A stretch of DNA of 64,000 nucleotides from the NCBI GenBank assembly GCA_964016885.1, contig OZ024752.1, positions 41,788,001 through 41,852,000 on the forward strand, in the 5' to 3' direction. The DNA is from Eledone cirrhosa (lineage: Eukaryota). The position numbers and the translations under genes are program-made. Positions 42,613-56,822 of the stretch are shown in pieces. The notes under the pieces are model-generated. The model worked only from the letters and a program-made list of their open reading frames with translations. It ran no database searches and was not told the DNA's origin. Within the stretch, counting starts at the first letter, position 1. Every line of letters begins with the position of its first letter.

Positions 42613-43008
42613 CATCATCATCATCATCATTTTACGTCCGCTTTTCCCTGCTTGCAAGGGTGGGACGGGTCTTATTCAGCACAGCATCTCTTCACTCGTC
42701 ACGGTCCTTCGTTATCTCCACCGTGAGCTTCAATGATCTGAGGTCTGTTCTCACCACTTCCGCCCATGTTTTTTGTGGTCTACCTCTACCACGTCTTCCT
42801 TCAACTGGCATTTCCTGGCACTTCTTCACCCATCGGTCATCCTCCATGGGCATCACATGTCCATACCACCTCAGTCTCCTCTCTCGCACACTACATTCTA
42901 TCCCTCTCAGACACAGTTTCTCTCTCAACACATTTATGCTGGGTCGTTCACGCACATTTACACTGCACATCCAACGGAGCGTGCTTTCCACATTTCTCTC
43001 CAGCCGTC
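42612..43008 (-). mobile_element. RTE-clade LINE 3' end
   Basis: ORF 42692-43012 is nearly identical to the 33851 peptide. Confidence 0.9.
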
Positions 43009-43064
43009 GCATATATATATATGTATATTAATAAATTGAAACTATATTTATAAAACCATAATTA

Positions 43065-43126
43065 TTTTATTATATATATTTCAAGGGTGACCAAGGTAAA
43101 TTATGGTGCACATTCATCAGATAAAA
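43065..43126 (-). ncRNA. Type-I hammerhead motif (family b), inverted copy
   Basis: Reverse complement of 43255-43316, within IR 43025-43356. Confidence 0.75.
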
Positions 43127-43254
43127 TACAGATTTGTTTTATAAATAAATATTGACATTCCTGGAAAAAAGACCTCAACGGTTGAAATTCGCTGGATAGT
43201 TGAGGTTGTCTTTTTTCCGGGTATGTCAATATTTATTTATAAAACAAATCTGTA

Positions 43255-43316
43255 TTTTATCTGATGAAAGCGCACCATAATTTACCTTGGTCGCCCTTGA
43301 AATATATATAATAAAA
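43255..43316 (+). ncRNA. Type-I hammerhead motif (family b)
   Basis: TTTTAT-CTGATGA-[AAGCGCACCA..TGGTCGCCCTT]-GAAA-TATATA-TA-ATAAAA. Confidence 0.8.
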
Positions 43317-43574
43317 TAATTATGGGTTTTATAAATATCGTTTCCATTTATTAATATATTGTATATTTAAATGTGATATTATGCTCTGCTCTGTAAGAGC
43401 ATCGAGTGCTCAAACGGCATACAGCTTACGGACGCTTTAAACATCCCACACCAATTATATATATACTTATAAATAAAACATTTAAAATACTTTAATTCTA
43501 TGCAGTTGTCTGTTCGGGTTAAACTGGGAAATTTCCACAAGCTTAAGATTGTCTATTTACCAAACCATGTCTAT

Positions 43575-44039
43575 TTACTACATGGGAGGTGAGCGTAGCT
43601 AGAGATAAACACACCAGCAATATAAACTTTCTTCGATCCACAGAAGGCCCCATAGAAGTAAAACAAATGTGACGATGATGATGATGATGATGGTGATGGT
43701 GATAATGATTCAAAGAGAGAGGGGACATGAGAGAGAGAAAAGAAAGAAAGAGGCTAGGACTACATGGGATGCGAGGTTAGCTAGAGATAAACACACCAGC
43801 AATATAAACTTTCTTCGATCCACTGAAGGCCCCATAGAAGTAAAACAAATGTGATGATGACGATGATGATGATGATGATGGTGATAATGATTCAAAGAGA
43901 GAGGGGACATGAGAGAGAGAGAAAAGAAAGAAAGAGGCTAAGACTGCATGGGAGGCGAGGTTAGCTAGAGATAAACACACCAGCAATATAAACTTTCTTC
44001 GATCCACAGAAGGCTCCATAGAAGTAAAACAAATGTGAC

Positions 44040-44090
<51 letters not shown>

Positions 44091-44170
44091 GATGGTGATG
44101 GCAATGGTGGTGGTGGTGATGATTCAAAGATAGAGGGGCATGAGAGAGAGAAGAGAAAGAAAGAGGCTAA
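43575..44170. repeat. ~185-bp tandem triplication with internal (GAT)n
   Basis: TAGCTAGAGATAAACACACCAGCAATATAAACTTTCTTCGATCCAC occurs three times. Confidence 0.85.
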
Positions 44171-44382
44171 GACAGTAATGTAAACAGAGAAATAGACATA
44201 AACCTGTTGATTGAAGGACAGATAGAAAAAGTCAATAAAATAGGATGTAGAAAAGATAGGTCAGTCAGTTGGATGAATAGAGTTATTGATATATTGATAA
44301 TATATAGATTAGTTAATGGCAAGATGGCTTTCTGGACAAAACCAGACCAGATAAATGATATTGTTTTTTTCTCTGTTATCTA

Positions 44383-44760
44383 TCCTTTTTTTCAAATACC
44401 ACTTTGGAAGAAGAATCAGGATGGAGAGAGAGGTGCTGTACCCCAGCAAGTTTTATGAAAGGTGGGTGAAAGTGGCGAGAATGGCCCGAGTGAATGGGCC
44501 TTCTCTCTATATCAGCCTGTAGGTTGAGGAAAAGGAGGAGCAGAGGAAAGGAGTACAAGCTCTTCGTACTCCTGGAGATGAGGGTTGCACATTTTTTTCG
44601 GGGGTATGTGTTACCCATATAAACTGTCTCCCTCTATTGGGGAAAATCGACTAACTTTTAAATTCCATCTGTGATAACATTTTACACGTTTTTATTGTAT
44701 GTAAACTTCCCCCTTTGTATTTGTCCCCTTCTTTTGTGCCCCTGTGGCTAATAAAGAAAT
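44383..44760 (+). mobile_element. 5'-truncated L1/Tx1 3' fragment
   Basis: Homologous to 120-490 and 46250-46627. Confidence 0.8.
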
Positions 44761-44852
44761 ATCTCTCTATATATATATATATATAGAATATATATATATA
44801 TATATACACAATATATTAATAAATGGAAACTATATTTATAAAACCATATTTA

Positions 44853-44914
44853 TTTTATTATACATATTTCAAGGGCAACCAAGGCAAATTATGGTGCGCT
44901 TTCATCAGATAAAA
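44853..44914 (-). ncRNA. Type-I hammerhead motif (family b)
   Basis: Reverse complement reads TTTTAT-CTGATGA...GAAA-TATGTA-TA-ATAAAA. Confidence 0.75.
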
Positions 44915-44986
44915 TACAGATTTGTTTTATAAATAAATATTGACATACCCGGAAAAAAAAGACAACCTTAACGGTTGGAGCTTCCT

Positions 44987-45029
<43 letters not shown>

Positions 45030-45157
45030 CAAAAGGGATATTTATAACTGATTCAAAGCACTCAACATATAACTGACTCAAAGCACTATACAGGAAAAAC
45101 TTGAACCGTTAAGGTGTCATTCCTGGATATGTCAATACTTATAAAACAAACTTTGTA

Positions 45158-45216
45158 TTTTATCTGATGAGAGCATACCAAAGTTTTGGTACCCTTGAAA
45201 TATATATATAATAGAA
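45158..45216 (+). ncRNA. Type-I hammerhead motif (family b variant)
   Basis: TTTTAT-CTGATGA-[GAGCATACCAAAG TTTTGGTACCCTT]-GAAA-TATATATA-TA-ATAGAA. Confidence 0.7.
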
Positions 45217-45273
45217 TAAATATGGTTTTATAAATATAGTTTCCATTTATTTAATATCATTGATATATATATA

Positions 45274-45603
45274 TTCATTTCATTTTATGTCCGCTTTTCC
45301 CTGCTTGCAAGGGTTGGACGGGAACTGATTCTGGCTTGATTTCTACAGCTGGATGCCCTTCCTAACACCAACCTCATTTACAGTGAGTGCTGGGTGCTTT
45401 TTGCTGTGGCACCTACACGACCACTTTGCAGTGGAATGATAGGGATCTCAGTCCCTATCATCTGATTTCTACAGCTGAGTAAACTGGAGCAATGTGAAAT
45501 AAAGTGTCTTGCTCAAGGAAACAACACATCACCTGGTCTGAGAATTGAACTCACAACCTTTCGATTGCAAGGCGAATGCTCTAACCACTAAGCCATGTGC
45601 CTC

Positions 45604-45604
<1 letters not shown>
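45274..45604 (-). mobile_element. Full-length SINE family A
   Basis: Reverse complement of the 40061 copy. Confidence 0.9.
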
Positions 45605-45685
<81 letters not shown>

Positions 45686-46019
45686 ACACGGTAAAAACCT
45701 CCCAGACCCACACTGTAAATGTGGTTGGTGTTAGGAAGGGCATCCAACTGTAGAAAACCTGCCAGACAGTCCTATGCGAGCAAGAAAATCACTCTTGCCT
45801 CAAGTGGGACTACCCCCGTCCAAACCCATGCAAGCGTGGAACACGGACGTTAAACGTTGATGATGATGATGATGATGATGATGATCCTTCTATCAACTTA
45901 TCTATTTACTTATCTCTCCATCTATTAACCTATCTATTTACTTATCTCTGCTCCTATCAATCTATCTATTTACCTATCTCTCCATCTATCTTTCTTTGTA
46001 TATATCTACCTATCTGTCT

Positions 46020-46627
46020 GTTTATGCCCGGGCGTTACCGACCTGTGGGGCTATGTAGAACGACTATTGTCGCGGGTGGGACCAATCCGGTTAACCACCG
46101 AGTCCATTGTCATGATCAAACCGCCACCCTTCTTCAAAAACGAAGGAGAGGCAGTCTCCCTTTGTGTGATAGCTATGGCGAAAGAGGTTGTATGGTGGAC
46201 AAGGTTGAAAGGGCTGAGGGCAGACACCTTTCTCTCCGGCCAACAACTGATTCTTTTTTTCAAATACCACTTTGGAAGAAGAGTCAGGGTGGAGAGAGAG
46301 GTGCTGTACCCCAGCAAGTTTTATGAAAGGTGGGTGAAAGTGGCGAGAATGGTCCGAGTGAATGGGCCTTCTCTCTATATCAGCCTGTAGGTTGAGTAAA
46401 AAGAGGAGAGGAAGGGAGTACAAACTCTTCGTACTCCTGGAGATGAGGGTTGCACATTTTTTTTTCTGGGGTATGTGTTACCCATATGTAATGTCTCCCC
46501 CTATTGAGGAAAATCGATTAATTTTTAAATTGCATTTGTGATAATATTTTACACGTTTTTATTGTATGTAAACTTCCCCCTTTGTATTTGTCCCCTTCTT
46601 TTGTGCCCCTGTGGCTAATAAAGAAAC
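46020..46627 (+). mobile_element. L1/Tx1 LINE 3' fragment
   Basis: CPGVTDLWGYVERLLSRVGP...AMAKEVVWWTRL...SL*, followed by a UTR ending AATAAAGAAAC. Confidence 0.85.
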
Positions 46628-47925
46628 ATATCTATCTAATAAAAGCTTGTTAGTGGAATGTTTGTGAACCCTAACCCTAACCATCATTCTATGAGTTAAT
46701 TTATTTCCTTTGGTCAACATGAAGCAAAGTCGATAATAATAGTTGGCACATTGATAAAGAGAATATTGCTCAAAATATTTAGCATGATATTATTTCAACA
46801 GACAATTTTGTGTCCATATCATTGTTTTATAAGAGGTGATCAACATATGAGCGGAAATCTACTTGAGCTAATACTAGCATACATACTTACACAATGATAA
46901 GTGGATCGAAAACATCCTGGAAAGGACACAGAACAATTGATTCCTTTTATTAACTGATTCAGAAAATAATCCAGGTTTTTAAGACTAACATTTGATTGGT
47001 CTTTCAGAAACAACTTAGTAAATATCAGGGTTAGTGTTTGTGCATGTGCTTCAGTGTAGGAGGTCTCTTAAGAGTTAATGGTAATGGCAGGCAGGCTACA
47101 AATGGGATGCCATGCAAAAGAAGACTCACGTATCCAATGCAAACATGAAAAAAATGGACATAAAAATGATGATGATGATGATGACGACGATATATTTTCA
47201 TTATTAGCCATCTTTGAAAGGAATCATCTAAAAATATGAACATCAAATATATTTGAAAATCAATAAATATCTTTGATTTTGAGGCTAAATCCAAACAGAT
47301 CACCCACCCCTCAAAAAAAAGAAGTAATATTAATAATAATAATAAAAATTGAAAACGATAGAGATAAAACTAAATCTATTCAGGGGTTGGTGAATGGAAA
47401 CAGCAGTTATAAAAGAGAAAGAGGTAAGTTTATACAGATCCTGTGTGTGTGAGTGTGTGTGCATGTGTGTGTGTGTGTGAGTGTGTGTGCATGTGTGAGT
47501 GTGTGTGTAGAAAAAGGTTTGTAGTTTTGAATGAATCCCATTTATTTGCCTATATTTCAATGTGTGCCTGCTGCATGTATCGGGGAATGACATTTGAAGG
47601 GAATAGTTGAACACAAACACGCACAGAAAGGTGGGAGAAGGTGTGGGGAGGGGGGCAGATAGACAGACAGACAGACAGATAACTAGATAAGATAAATGAG
47701 ATACATAATACAAATAATGTAAGATAGATATATTTTCATCTGCCATCCATTTTCCATGCTGGCATGGTTTAGACATGTCGTCACAGTCCATGACAAGTCA
47801 GGTTGGATAACCACATCAAGCTCTTGTGTTCCATGACATGGTCACCTGACCTATCTTGTCTTGGACTGGCACAACTGATCCAAGCTATGCCACTATGGAA
47901 TACAGATGTAAAACAATGATGATGA

Positions 47926-47983
<58 letters not shown>

Positions 47984-48047
47984 TACACACACACAAACAA
48001 CACATATATACACACACAAACATACATACATATATATACACACACAC

Positions 48048-49269
48048 AACCAACCACCCAACCAACCAACCAGCCAACTACCCAACCAACCAACCAACTA
48101 CCCAACCAACCAACCAACCACCCAACCAACCAACCACCCAACCAACCAACCAACCAACTACCCAACCAACCAACCAACCAACTACCCAACCAACCAACCA
48201 ACTACCCAACCAACCAACCAACCAACCACCCAACCAACCAACCAACTACCCAACCAACCAACCAACTACCCAACCAACCAACCAACTACCCAACCAACCA
48301 ACCACCCAACCAACCAACCAACCAACTACCCAACCAACCAACCAACCAACTACCCAACCAACCAACCAACTACCCAACCAACCAACCAACCAACCACCCA
48401 ACCAACCAACCAACTACCCAACCAACCAACCAACTACCCAACCAACCAACCAACTACCCAACCAACCAACCAACTACCCAACCAACCAACCAACCAACCA
48501 ACCAACCAACCAACCACCCAACCAACCAACCAACTACCCAACCAACCAACCAACTACCCAACCAACCAACCAACCAACCAACCAACCACCCAACCAACCA
48601 GCCAACCAACCAACCACCCAACCAACCAGCCAACCAGCCAACCAACCAACCAACCAACCAGCCAACCACCCAACCACCCAACCACCCAACTACCCAACCA
48701 ACTACTCAACCACCCAACCAACCAACCAACCACCCAACTACCCAACCAAGATGACTACATTATTCCCACCTGATGAGTCCTCATCAATCACTGTCTTCAA
48801 ACATGACATGGCAATGCCTGTCACTTCATTTAATGTAATACTCCATTCACCTCACATGTATTCTGCCATGGGTCTGTATGGATGTTGCTCCATGTGTGTG
48901 TGTGTGTGTGTTTTAGTGAGTGTGTGTGTGTGTGTGTGTCAGTGAGTGTTTGTGTGTGTCAGTGAGTGTGTGTGTGTGTGTGTCAGTGAGTGTGTGTGTG
49001 TCAGTGAGTGTGTGTGTGTGTGTGTCAGTGAGTGTGTGTGCGTTTTAGTGGGTGTGTGTGTGTGTGTCAGTGAGTGTGTGTGTGTGTGTCAGTGAATGTG
49101 TGTTTTAGTGAGTGTATGTGTATGTCAGTGAGTATGTGTGTGTGTGTGTCAGTGAATGTGTGTGTGTTTTAGTGAGTGTGTGTGTGTGTGTGTGTGTGTG
49201 TCAGTGAGTGTGTGTGTGTGTGTGTCAGTGAATGTGTGTGTTTTAGTGAGTGTGTGTGTGTGTCAGTGA

Positions 49270-49312
<43 letters not shown>

Positions 49313-50810
49313 AGTGAATGTGTGTGTGAGGGATGCATGCTTTTGTGCCTGAGTGTGCTTGTGTGTGTGTGTGCTTGAATGTGTGTGTGTGTGTGAGAGA
49401 GAGAGGGGGGAGACTACATGAGGACATCAAAGAAGGAGAAAATAAAAGAAAAGGGGCAGAGAAATGAATAGGGAGAAAATATAGAATGGAGGTGAAGGGG
49501 TGAGTCAGTGAATGGGAGGGTGGAAGGAGAGAGGGTGAGAGAGGGCAGTAGGAGAGGGGGTAGGAGAGGGTGAGGGATAGGGTGGTAGGAGAGAGGGAGG
49601 GGAGAGAGTGCGGAAGGAAGAGAGGGAGAGAGAGAGGAAGAAGAGAGGTTGAGAGAGAGAGAGAGAGAGATAGAGAGGAAGGAGAGGGGTGAGAGAGTGG
49701 AAAAGGGAGAGGGGTGAGAGAGTGGAAAAGGGAGAGGGAGTGGAAGGGGAGTGAGTGGAAAGAGAGATGGTGAGAGAGAGGGATAGGGAGGAAGGAGAGG
49801 GGTGAGAGAGGGGGAAAGGGAGAGAGAGTGGAAGGGGAGATGGTGAGAGAGAGGGATGAAAAAATAAGGAGAGAAAAAATGATGGGAAGAGAGAGAGAGG
49901 AGAGAGTAGAGAAGGAAAGAGAGAGTGTAGAGGAGAGGGAGAGAGAGGAGAGAGTAGAGAAGGAAAGAGAGAGATGTAGAGGAGAGGGAGAGAGAAGAAT
50001 GGCAATAGAGAGATCAATGGTAGTAGTAGGAGGTGGAGGTGGTGGTAGTAAGAGAAATACCAAGAATACTTGTAGCATGATCTGTCATGTTTGATTACAT
50101 TGTTGTTGCTGTTGTTGTGGTGGTGGTGGTGGTGGTGGTGGTGGTGGTGGTTATGGTCCTGTGTTGTTGTGGTGGTAGTGGTGGTGGAAGTAGTGGTGGT
50201 GGTGATGGTGGTAGTGATGGTGGTGATGGTGGTGATTGTGATGTCCTGTGTTGTGGTGGTGGTGGTGGTGATGGTGATGGTTATGGTCCTGTGTTGTGGT
50301 GGTGGTGGTGGTGATGGAGATGGTTATGGTCCTGTGTTATGGTGATGGTCATGGTGATGGTCATGGTGATGGTTATGGTCCTGTGTTGTGGTGGTGGTGG
50401 TGATGGTTATGGTCCTGTGTTGTTGTGGTGATGGTGATGGTGGTGATGGTTATGGTCCTGTGTTGTTGTTGTGGTGGTGATGGTGATGGTTATGGTCCTG
50501 TGTTGTGGTGGTGGTGGTGATGGTGGTGATGGTTATGGTCCTGTGTTGTGGTGGTGGTGGTGATGGTGATGGTTATGGTCCTGTGTTGTTGTGATGGTGG
50601 TGATGGTTATGGTCCTGTGTTGTTGTTGTGGTGGTGATGGTGATGGTTATCGTCCTGTGTTGTTGTGGTGGTGGTGATGGTGATGGTGATGGTTATGGTC
50701 CTGTGTTGTGGTGGTGGTGATGGTAGTGATGGTGGTGATGGTCCTGTGTTGTTGTGGTGGTGGTGATGGTGACGATGGTGATGGTGGTGATGGTCCTGTG
50801 TTGTTGTGGT
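48048..50810. repeat. (CCAA)n, GT-rich, GA-rich and GTTATGGTCCTGTGTT(GTG)n repeat block
   Basis: Direct inspection. Confidence 0.9.
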
Positions 50811-51326
50811 CCCATGACTCACCAAGATGACTCCAAGAGAAACAAGAACATAAACATCAGGAATTCCATGTCTTTTGTGTAAAATAGCTGAGGAATTCTG
50901 TAAAATAGTTGTAGTGCTGTTGGCATCACAATAAAATACACCCAGTACACTCTGTAAAGAGGTTGGCATTTGGAAATCATGACACAAATAGAATATATGA
51001 TTAAGATGGATTCTCTGATCGGTCATGTCTGAGACGATCTCAATCTATCCAACCCATGCCAGCATGAAAAATAAACATAAAATGATGATGATGATGACAA
51101 AACATCATTCTTTCTGGCCTCAGAGAGTCTTGAAGGCTATGGTCCTGTCCCTTCCTCCAGATAGCAAATAATAATTTAATAAAACAATATAGATATATAT
51201 GTATATTTCATAATACAGTTCATTATTGGCTAGCTCCTATTAGCTCTGTGGGTGTTTTATTAAATGAAACAAAATGGCGTAGGACAGAACAAAGGAGAGG
51301 CACAAAAACAAAGAAAAGAATCCCCA

Positions 51327-51369
51327 GTCACTGAAGAGGTCACAGAATGTGTGACGAAAGAACTTTGAC
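51327..51369 (+). ncRNA. Type-I hammerhead motif (family e)
   Basis: GTCA-CTGAAGA-G[GTCACA gaatg TGTGAC]-GAAA-GAAC-TT-TGAC. Confidence 0.7.
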
Positions 51370-51594
51370 AATATATAAACAACTATCTGGTTGTGGAACC
51401 AACCAACCAACCAGAAATTTATAAATTCCTAAATTTATAAATTTATTATAATAAATTAAAGTGAAAGCAACTGGTGCGTGTGTTTCTTATTGGCAACATG
51501 ACCCTCCCAAAGTATAACAATATCTATATATATATATATATATATTATTCAAAGTATTAATAAATGAAAAATATTCTCATAATCAAAATATATA

Positions 51595-51653
51595 TTTTAT
51601 TATACATATTTCAAAGGTACAATGGTGTTTAAGTACGTTTTCATCAGACAAAA
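51595..51653 (-). ncRNA. Type-I hammerhead motif (family b-related)
   Basis: Reverse complement reads TTTTGT-CTGATGA-[AAACGTAC..GTACCTTT]-GAAA-TATGTA-TA-ATAAAA. Confidence 0.65.
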
Positions 51654-51850
51654 TATAAGATTTGATATGAGACATACCGCTACGGTTTTGATTATTCAAT
51701 TCCAATATTGGCAATTATTAATTTCACCAACTCTCAGCGTTTTTCTACCACAAATAATATGATAAACTTAGAGAAGAAGAGGGGTGCAAAGAAAAGGAAA
51801 AGGCAAGAAATAAATCAATAAATAAATAAATAAATAAATGAATAAATGAA

Positions 51851-52192
51851 TCATCATCATCATCATCATTTTACGTCCACTTTTCCCTGCTTGCAAGGGT
51901 GGAACGGGAACTGATTCTGGCTTGATTTCTACAGCTGGATGCCCTTCCTAACACCAACCTCATTTACAGTGAGTGCTGGGTGCTTTTTTTGTCATGGCGC
52001 CTACACGCCCACTTTGCAGTGGAATGATATGGACCCCAGTCCCTATCGTCTCATTTCTACAGCTGAGTAAACTGGAGCAATGTGAAATAAAGTGTCTTGC
52101 TCAAGGGAACAACACATCACCCGATCTGAGAATTGAACTCACAACCTTTCGATTGCAAGGCCAATGCTCTAACCACTAAGCCATGTGCCTCC
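51851..52192 (-). mobile_element. Full-length SINE family A
   Basis: Reverse complement of the 13951 copy. Confidence 0.9.
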
Positions 52193-52829
52193 ATATAAAA
52201 ATAACATTTTTGTTATACTTTGGAGGGTCATGCTGCCAATAACAACACACGCACCTGTTGGTTTTTACTTCAATTTATTATATATTTCCAGTTGGTTAGT
52301 TTAGTAACTGGATAACAATATCTGTTTCAACACATGTTTTCAGAAAAGAAATCTTGCAAAACAAATATATATAACATTATTTAGAATAAACAAGTTTAAC
52401 CCTTTTAGTACAAACTGCTTTTTGTTCTATGAAACAAAACCACCCATTTTAAAGAGTTCTTATTTGAATTAAAATCTTCCAAAAATAACTTTATATAAGA
52501 ACCATATGTTAAGTCATGATCTTAGTAATGAACTAATTGATAAATTTAGTAAATCCTTCAAACTTCTTCATTGAAATAGAGTGTCTTTTATCAGAAATAC
52601 TGTAACAAAAGGTTAAAAAGCTCCTATTTAAATTAAAACCTTCCAACATAACTTTATATCAGAACCATATGCTTAACTTACTATCTTAGTAATGAAATAA
52701 TTAATTTTTGTTAATCTTTCAAAATTCTTCATTGAATAATTGACATACAGTGTATTATTTCATTAGGAACAAAACCACAAAGGAGTTAATAAATAAATAA
52801 ATATATCAATATATAAATTTAAAAAATAA

Positions 52830-53213
52830 TAATTGTTTCTACTTTTGGCACAAGGCCAGCAAATATCCCAGTGTATTAGTGGTACTTTATTTTATCGACC
52901 CCCGTAAGGATGAAAGGCAAAGTTAACCTCGGTGGGAATTGAACTCAGAATGGCAAGGGCCGTAACTCTATGCGTCAAAGCATGGCGTCCGACCCTCTAC
53001 CGATACTGCCAATCCACCACCCTCAAAATAATTGTTTCTACTTTTTGGCACAAGGCCAGCAATTATCTCAGGGTATTACTGGTACTTTATTTTATTGACC
53101 CCATAAGGATGAAAGCAAAGTTAACCTCAGCGGGATTTGAACTCAGATCATAAAGGGCCGTATCTCTTTGCTGCAAAGCATGGTGTCTGACCCTCTACCG
53201 ATACTGCCAATCT
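52830..53213 (-). mobile_element. Two tandem SINE family B copies
   Basis: Reverse complements of 8882-9066 at 52830-53021 and 53028-53213. Confidence 0.85.
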
Positions 53214-53446
53214 AAAAATTAATAATAATTAATAAATAAATAAGTTAACAAGTAACTAATGAAAGACACAGAGAAAATGAAAGACAATTCAATAGAATTT
53301 AATCAGACAACTGAACTGAAAGTCAATTTTAACTGGCAGAGATTCTTTGAAGATATTCACAGAATGTTCTACCATAACTATAATATAGGTTTTAGATTTG
53401 ATCTGACTACAAAACTCTGTGGTTTGTATGATACTAATCAATAACT

Positions 53447-53524
<78 letters not shown>

Positions 53525-54032
53525 TGGCTGCCAACTTGTTTTCGAGTACGGCCACTACTTTATATCCATGTAGGAGAAACCCTACCGATGCGCTGAACGA
53601 GTGCGACTTTTTAGTCCAGCCAGCGACTTGAAAACTCTGGTACAAACACTACACTTGTGACAATTATTGACACATAGTGCTGGGCCCATGGTACCATGTG
53701 ACGACAAGTGCAGAGAGATCTCCAGATATAAAGCAATGCCTGTGCCGTGAAGCTTTTATAGTGAGCAAAGGCACTGCACAAAGCCAGTCCCACTCTCTTA
53801 ACCAAGATGATATTTACCAAAAAGAAGAACAAGTCAACATCATTGGATACCATCAGGGTTGCAGGTGTTATATCAGAGTTTTCCTTCTCCTAGAATTCTG
53901 CCTTGACAAAGGCTAAGGGGTCATCTTTCCCGGTGATTTTATATGCATACATACACACATATATATACACACACACACCAAAATACATGATGAAGACTAG
54001 ACAATTATTTTAATGACAATGCAACACTAAAA

Positions 54033-54633
54033 TGCACCCAGTACACTCTGTAAAGAGGTATTGCTGGTGCCATGATAACATACACCCAGTACACTCTGTA
54101 AAGAGGTATTGCTGGTGCCATGATAACATACACCCAGTACACTCTGTAAAGTGGTATTGCAGGTGCCATGATAACATACACCCAGTACACTCTGTAAAGA
54201 GGTATTGCTGGTGCCATGATAACATACACCCAGTACACTCTTCAAAGAGGTATTGCTGGTGCCATGATAATATACACCCAGTACACTCTGTAAAGAGGTA
54301 TTGCTGATGCCATGATAATATACACCCAGTACACTCTGTAAAGTGGTATTGCTGGTGCCATGATAATATACACCCAGTACACTCTGTAAAGAGGTATTGC
54401 TGGTGCCATGATAACATACACCCAGTACACTCTGTAAAGAAGTATTGCTGGTGCCATGATAACATACACCCAGTACACTCTGTAAAGAGGTATTGCTGGT
54501 GCCATGATAACATACACCCAGTACACTCTGTAAAGTGGTATTGCTGGTGCCATGATAACATACACCCAGTGCACTCTGTAAAGAGGTATTGCTGGTGCCA
54601 TGATAATATACACCTAGTACACTCTGTAAAGTG
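54033..54633 (+). repeat. 48-bp tandem array (~12 units) of the RTE-5' module
   Basis: Unit CACCCAGTACACTCTGTAAAGAGGTATTGCTGGTGCCATGATAACATA. Confidence 0.9.
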
Positions 54634-54926
54634 CTTGGTATTAGAAAAAGCATTCAGCATGACACAGTGTGTATCAAGACTAACCCTTTAATTACAGGTA
54701 CAGTTTCATTTCTCCAGCTAAGTTGACTGGAGCACATGACAGATAATTTTGCTGAAGGACAAAACACACACCACTGGGAGTTCAACTCACAATTGTAAGA
54801 TCTTTAACTGAAGACCGAAACCACTAAGACACACATACGCACACACAAACATACACACACACACATATATAAATAAAATAAAATAAAATAAATAAGTCAA
54901 ATGTTTAAAATTTGGCTTCGTTTATT

Positions 54927-54981
54927 ACTGCTATATATATTTCGGTGACAGCCATCTTTGGCTGTGACCTCTTCAGGCAGT
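54927..54981 (-). ncRNA. Type-I hammerhead motif (family i)
   Basis: Reverse complement reads ACTGC-CTGAAGA-[GGTCACAGCCA aaga TGGCTGTCACC]-GAAA-TATATA-TA-GCAGT. Confidence 0.85.
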
Positions 54982-55106
54982 CCGAATTAGTGTGGTAGAG
55001 ATGAGTACACGTGTTGTTGAGGTGTATAACTTTGTCAATACTCTGATATGCCCAGTTCCTAGTTGGGTTGTTATTTCACTGAGGAACTGGAATCACATAT
55101 ATATAT

Positions 55107-55450
55107 GGAGGTACATGGCTTAGTGGTTAGAGCATTGGGCTTGCAATCGAAAGGTTGTGAGTTCAATTCTCAGACCGGGTGATGTGGTGTTTCCTTGAGC
55201 AAGACACTTTATTTCACATTGCTCCAGTTTACTCAGCTGTAGAAATGAGATGATAGGGACTGGGGTCCCTATCATTCCACTGCAAAGTGGTCGTGGAGGT
55301 GCCACGGCAAAAAAAGCACCCAGCACTCACTGTAAATGAGGTTGGTGTTAGGAAGGGCATCCAGCTGTAGAAATCAAGCCAGAATCAGTTCCCGTCCCAC
55401 CCTTGCAAGCAGAGAAAAAGCGGACGTAAAATGAAATGATGAAATGATGA
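55107..55450 (+). mobile_element. Full-length SINE family A
   Basis: As 13951. Confidence 0.9.
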
Positions 55451-56273
55451 TATATATGTACACACAGACACATGTATATGTATATACACACCCACACACA
55501 GACACATGTATATGTATATACACACCCACACACACACACATATATATAGATATGAACACACATATATAGATACACCCCCCACACACACACATACGCACAC
55601 TTATATAGAGACGCACACACACACATACATATATATACACACATACATATATATACACATACACACACATACACACACATACATATACACACATGCATAT
55701 ATATATATACACATACACACATACATATATATATATACATATATATATATACATATACACACATACATATATATATACATATACACACATATATATATAT
55801 ATATACACACATACACACACATACATATACACACATGCATATATATATATATATACACATACACGCACACATACATATACACACATCATCATCATCATCT
55901 TCGTTTAACGTCCATCTTCCACGCAAGCATGGATTAGACATACATATATATATATACACATACACACACTTACATATACACACATACATATATATATATA
56001 TACACACACATACATATACACACATACATATATATACACATACACACACATACATATACACACATACATATATATATATATATACACATACACACATACA
56101 TATATATATATATATACATATACACACATACATATATATACACATACACACACATACATATACACACATACATATATATATATACATACACACACACATA
56201 CATATACACATACACACATATACACATACATATATATATATACACATACACACACATACATATACACACATGC

Positions 56274-56304
<31 letters not shown>

Positions 56305-56513
56305 CACGCACACATACATATACACACATCATCATCATCTTCGTTTAACGTCCATCTTCCACGCAAGCATGGGTTAGACATACATATATATATATACACA
56401 TACACACACTTACATATACACACATACATATATATATATACACACACACACACATATACACACATACATATATACACACACACACATATACACACATACA
56501 TATACACACACAT

Positions 56514-56556
<43 letters not shown>

Positions 56557-56774
56557 CATACACACACACACACACACACACACATACACATAAACATACA
56601 CACACACATATATACTCATATTTTAATTCCATAGATGCAGCACTTAATCACTGGAATGGTAGAGGGTGTATATTGCAAGTAATAGATAATTTTGTGGTTG
56701 CTAAGATATAATTAACAGAACATTTGGCAACTCTACAAGAAAGTTCCATTAATCCCTAACAAAACAAGATGATG

Positions 56775-56822
<48 letters not shown>

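Noticed and set aside
46630-46880. Telomeric (CCCTAA)n or Helitron
   Set aside because: Only about 2.5 units; the 5' end is Helitron-like but there is no convincing 3' hairpin-CTAG.
48770-48820. CTGATGAGTCC as a hammerhead
   Set aside because: No closing GGAC-GAAA.
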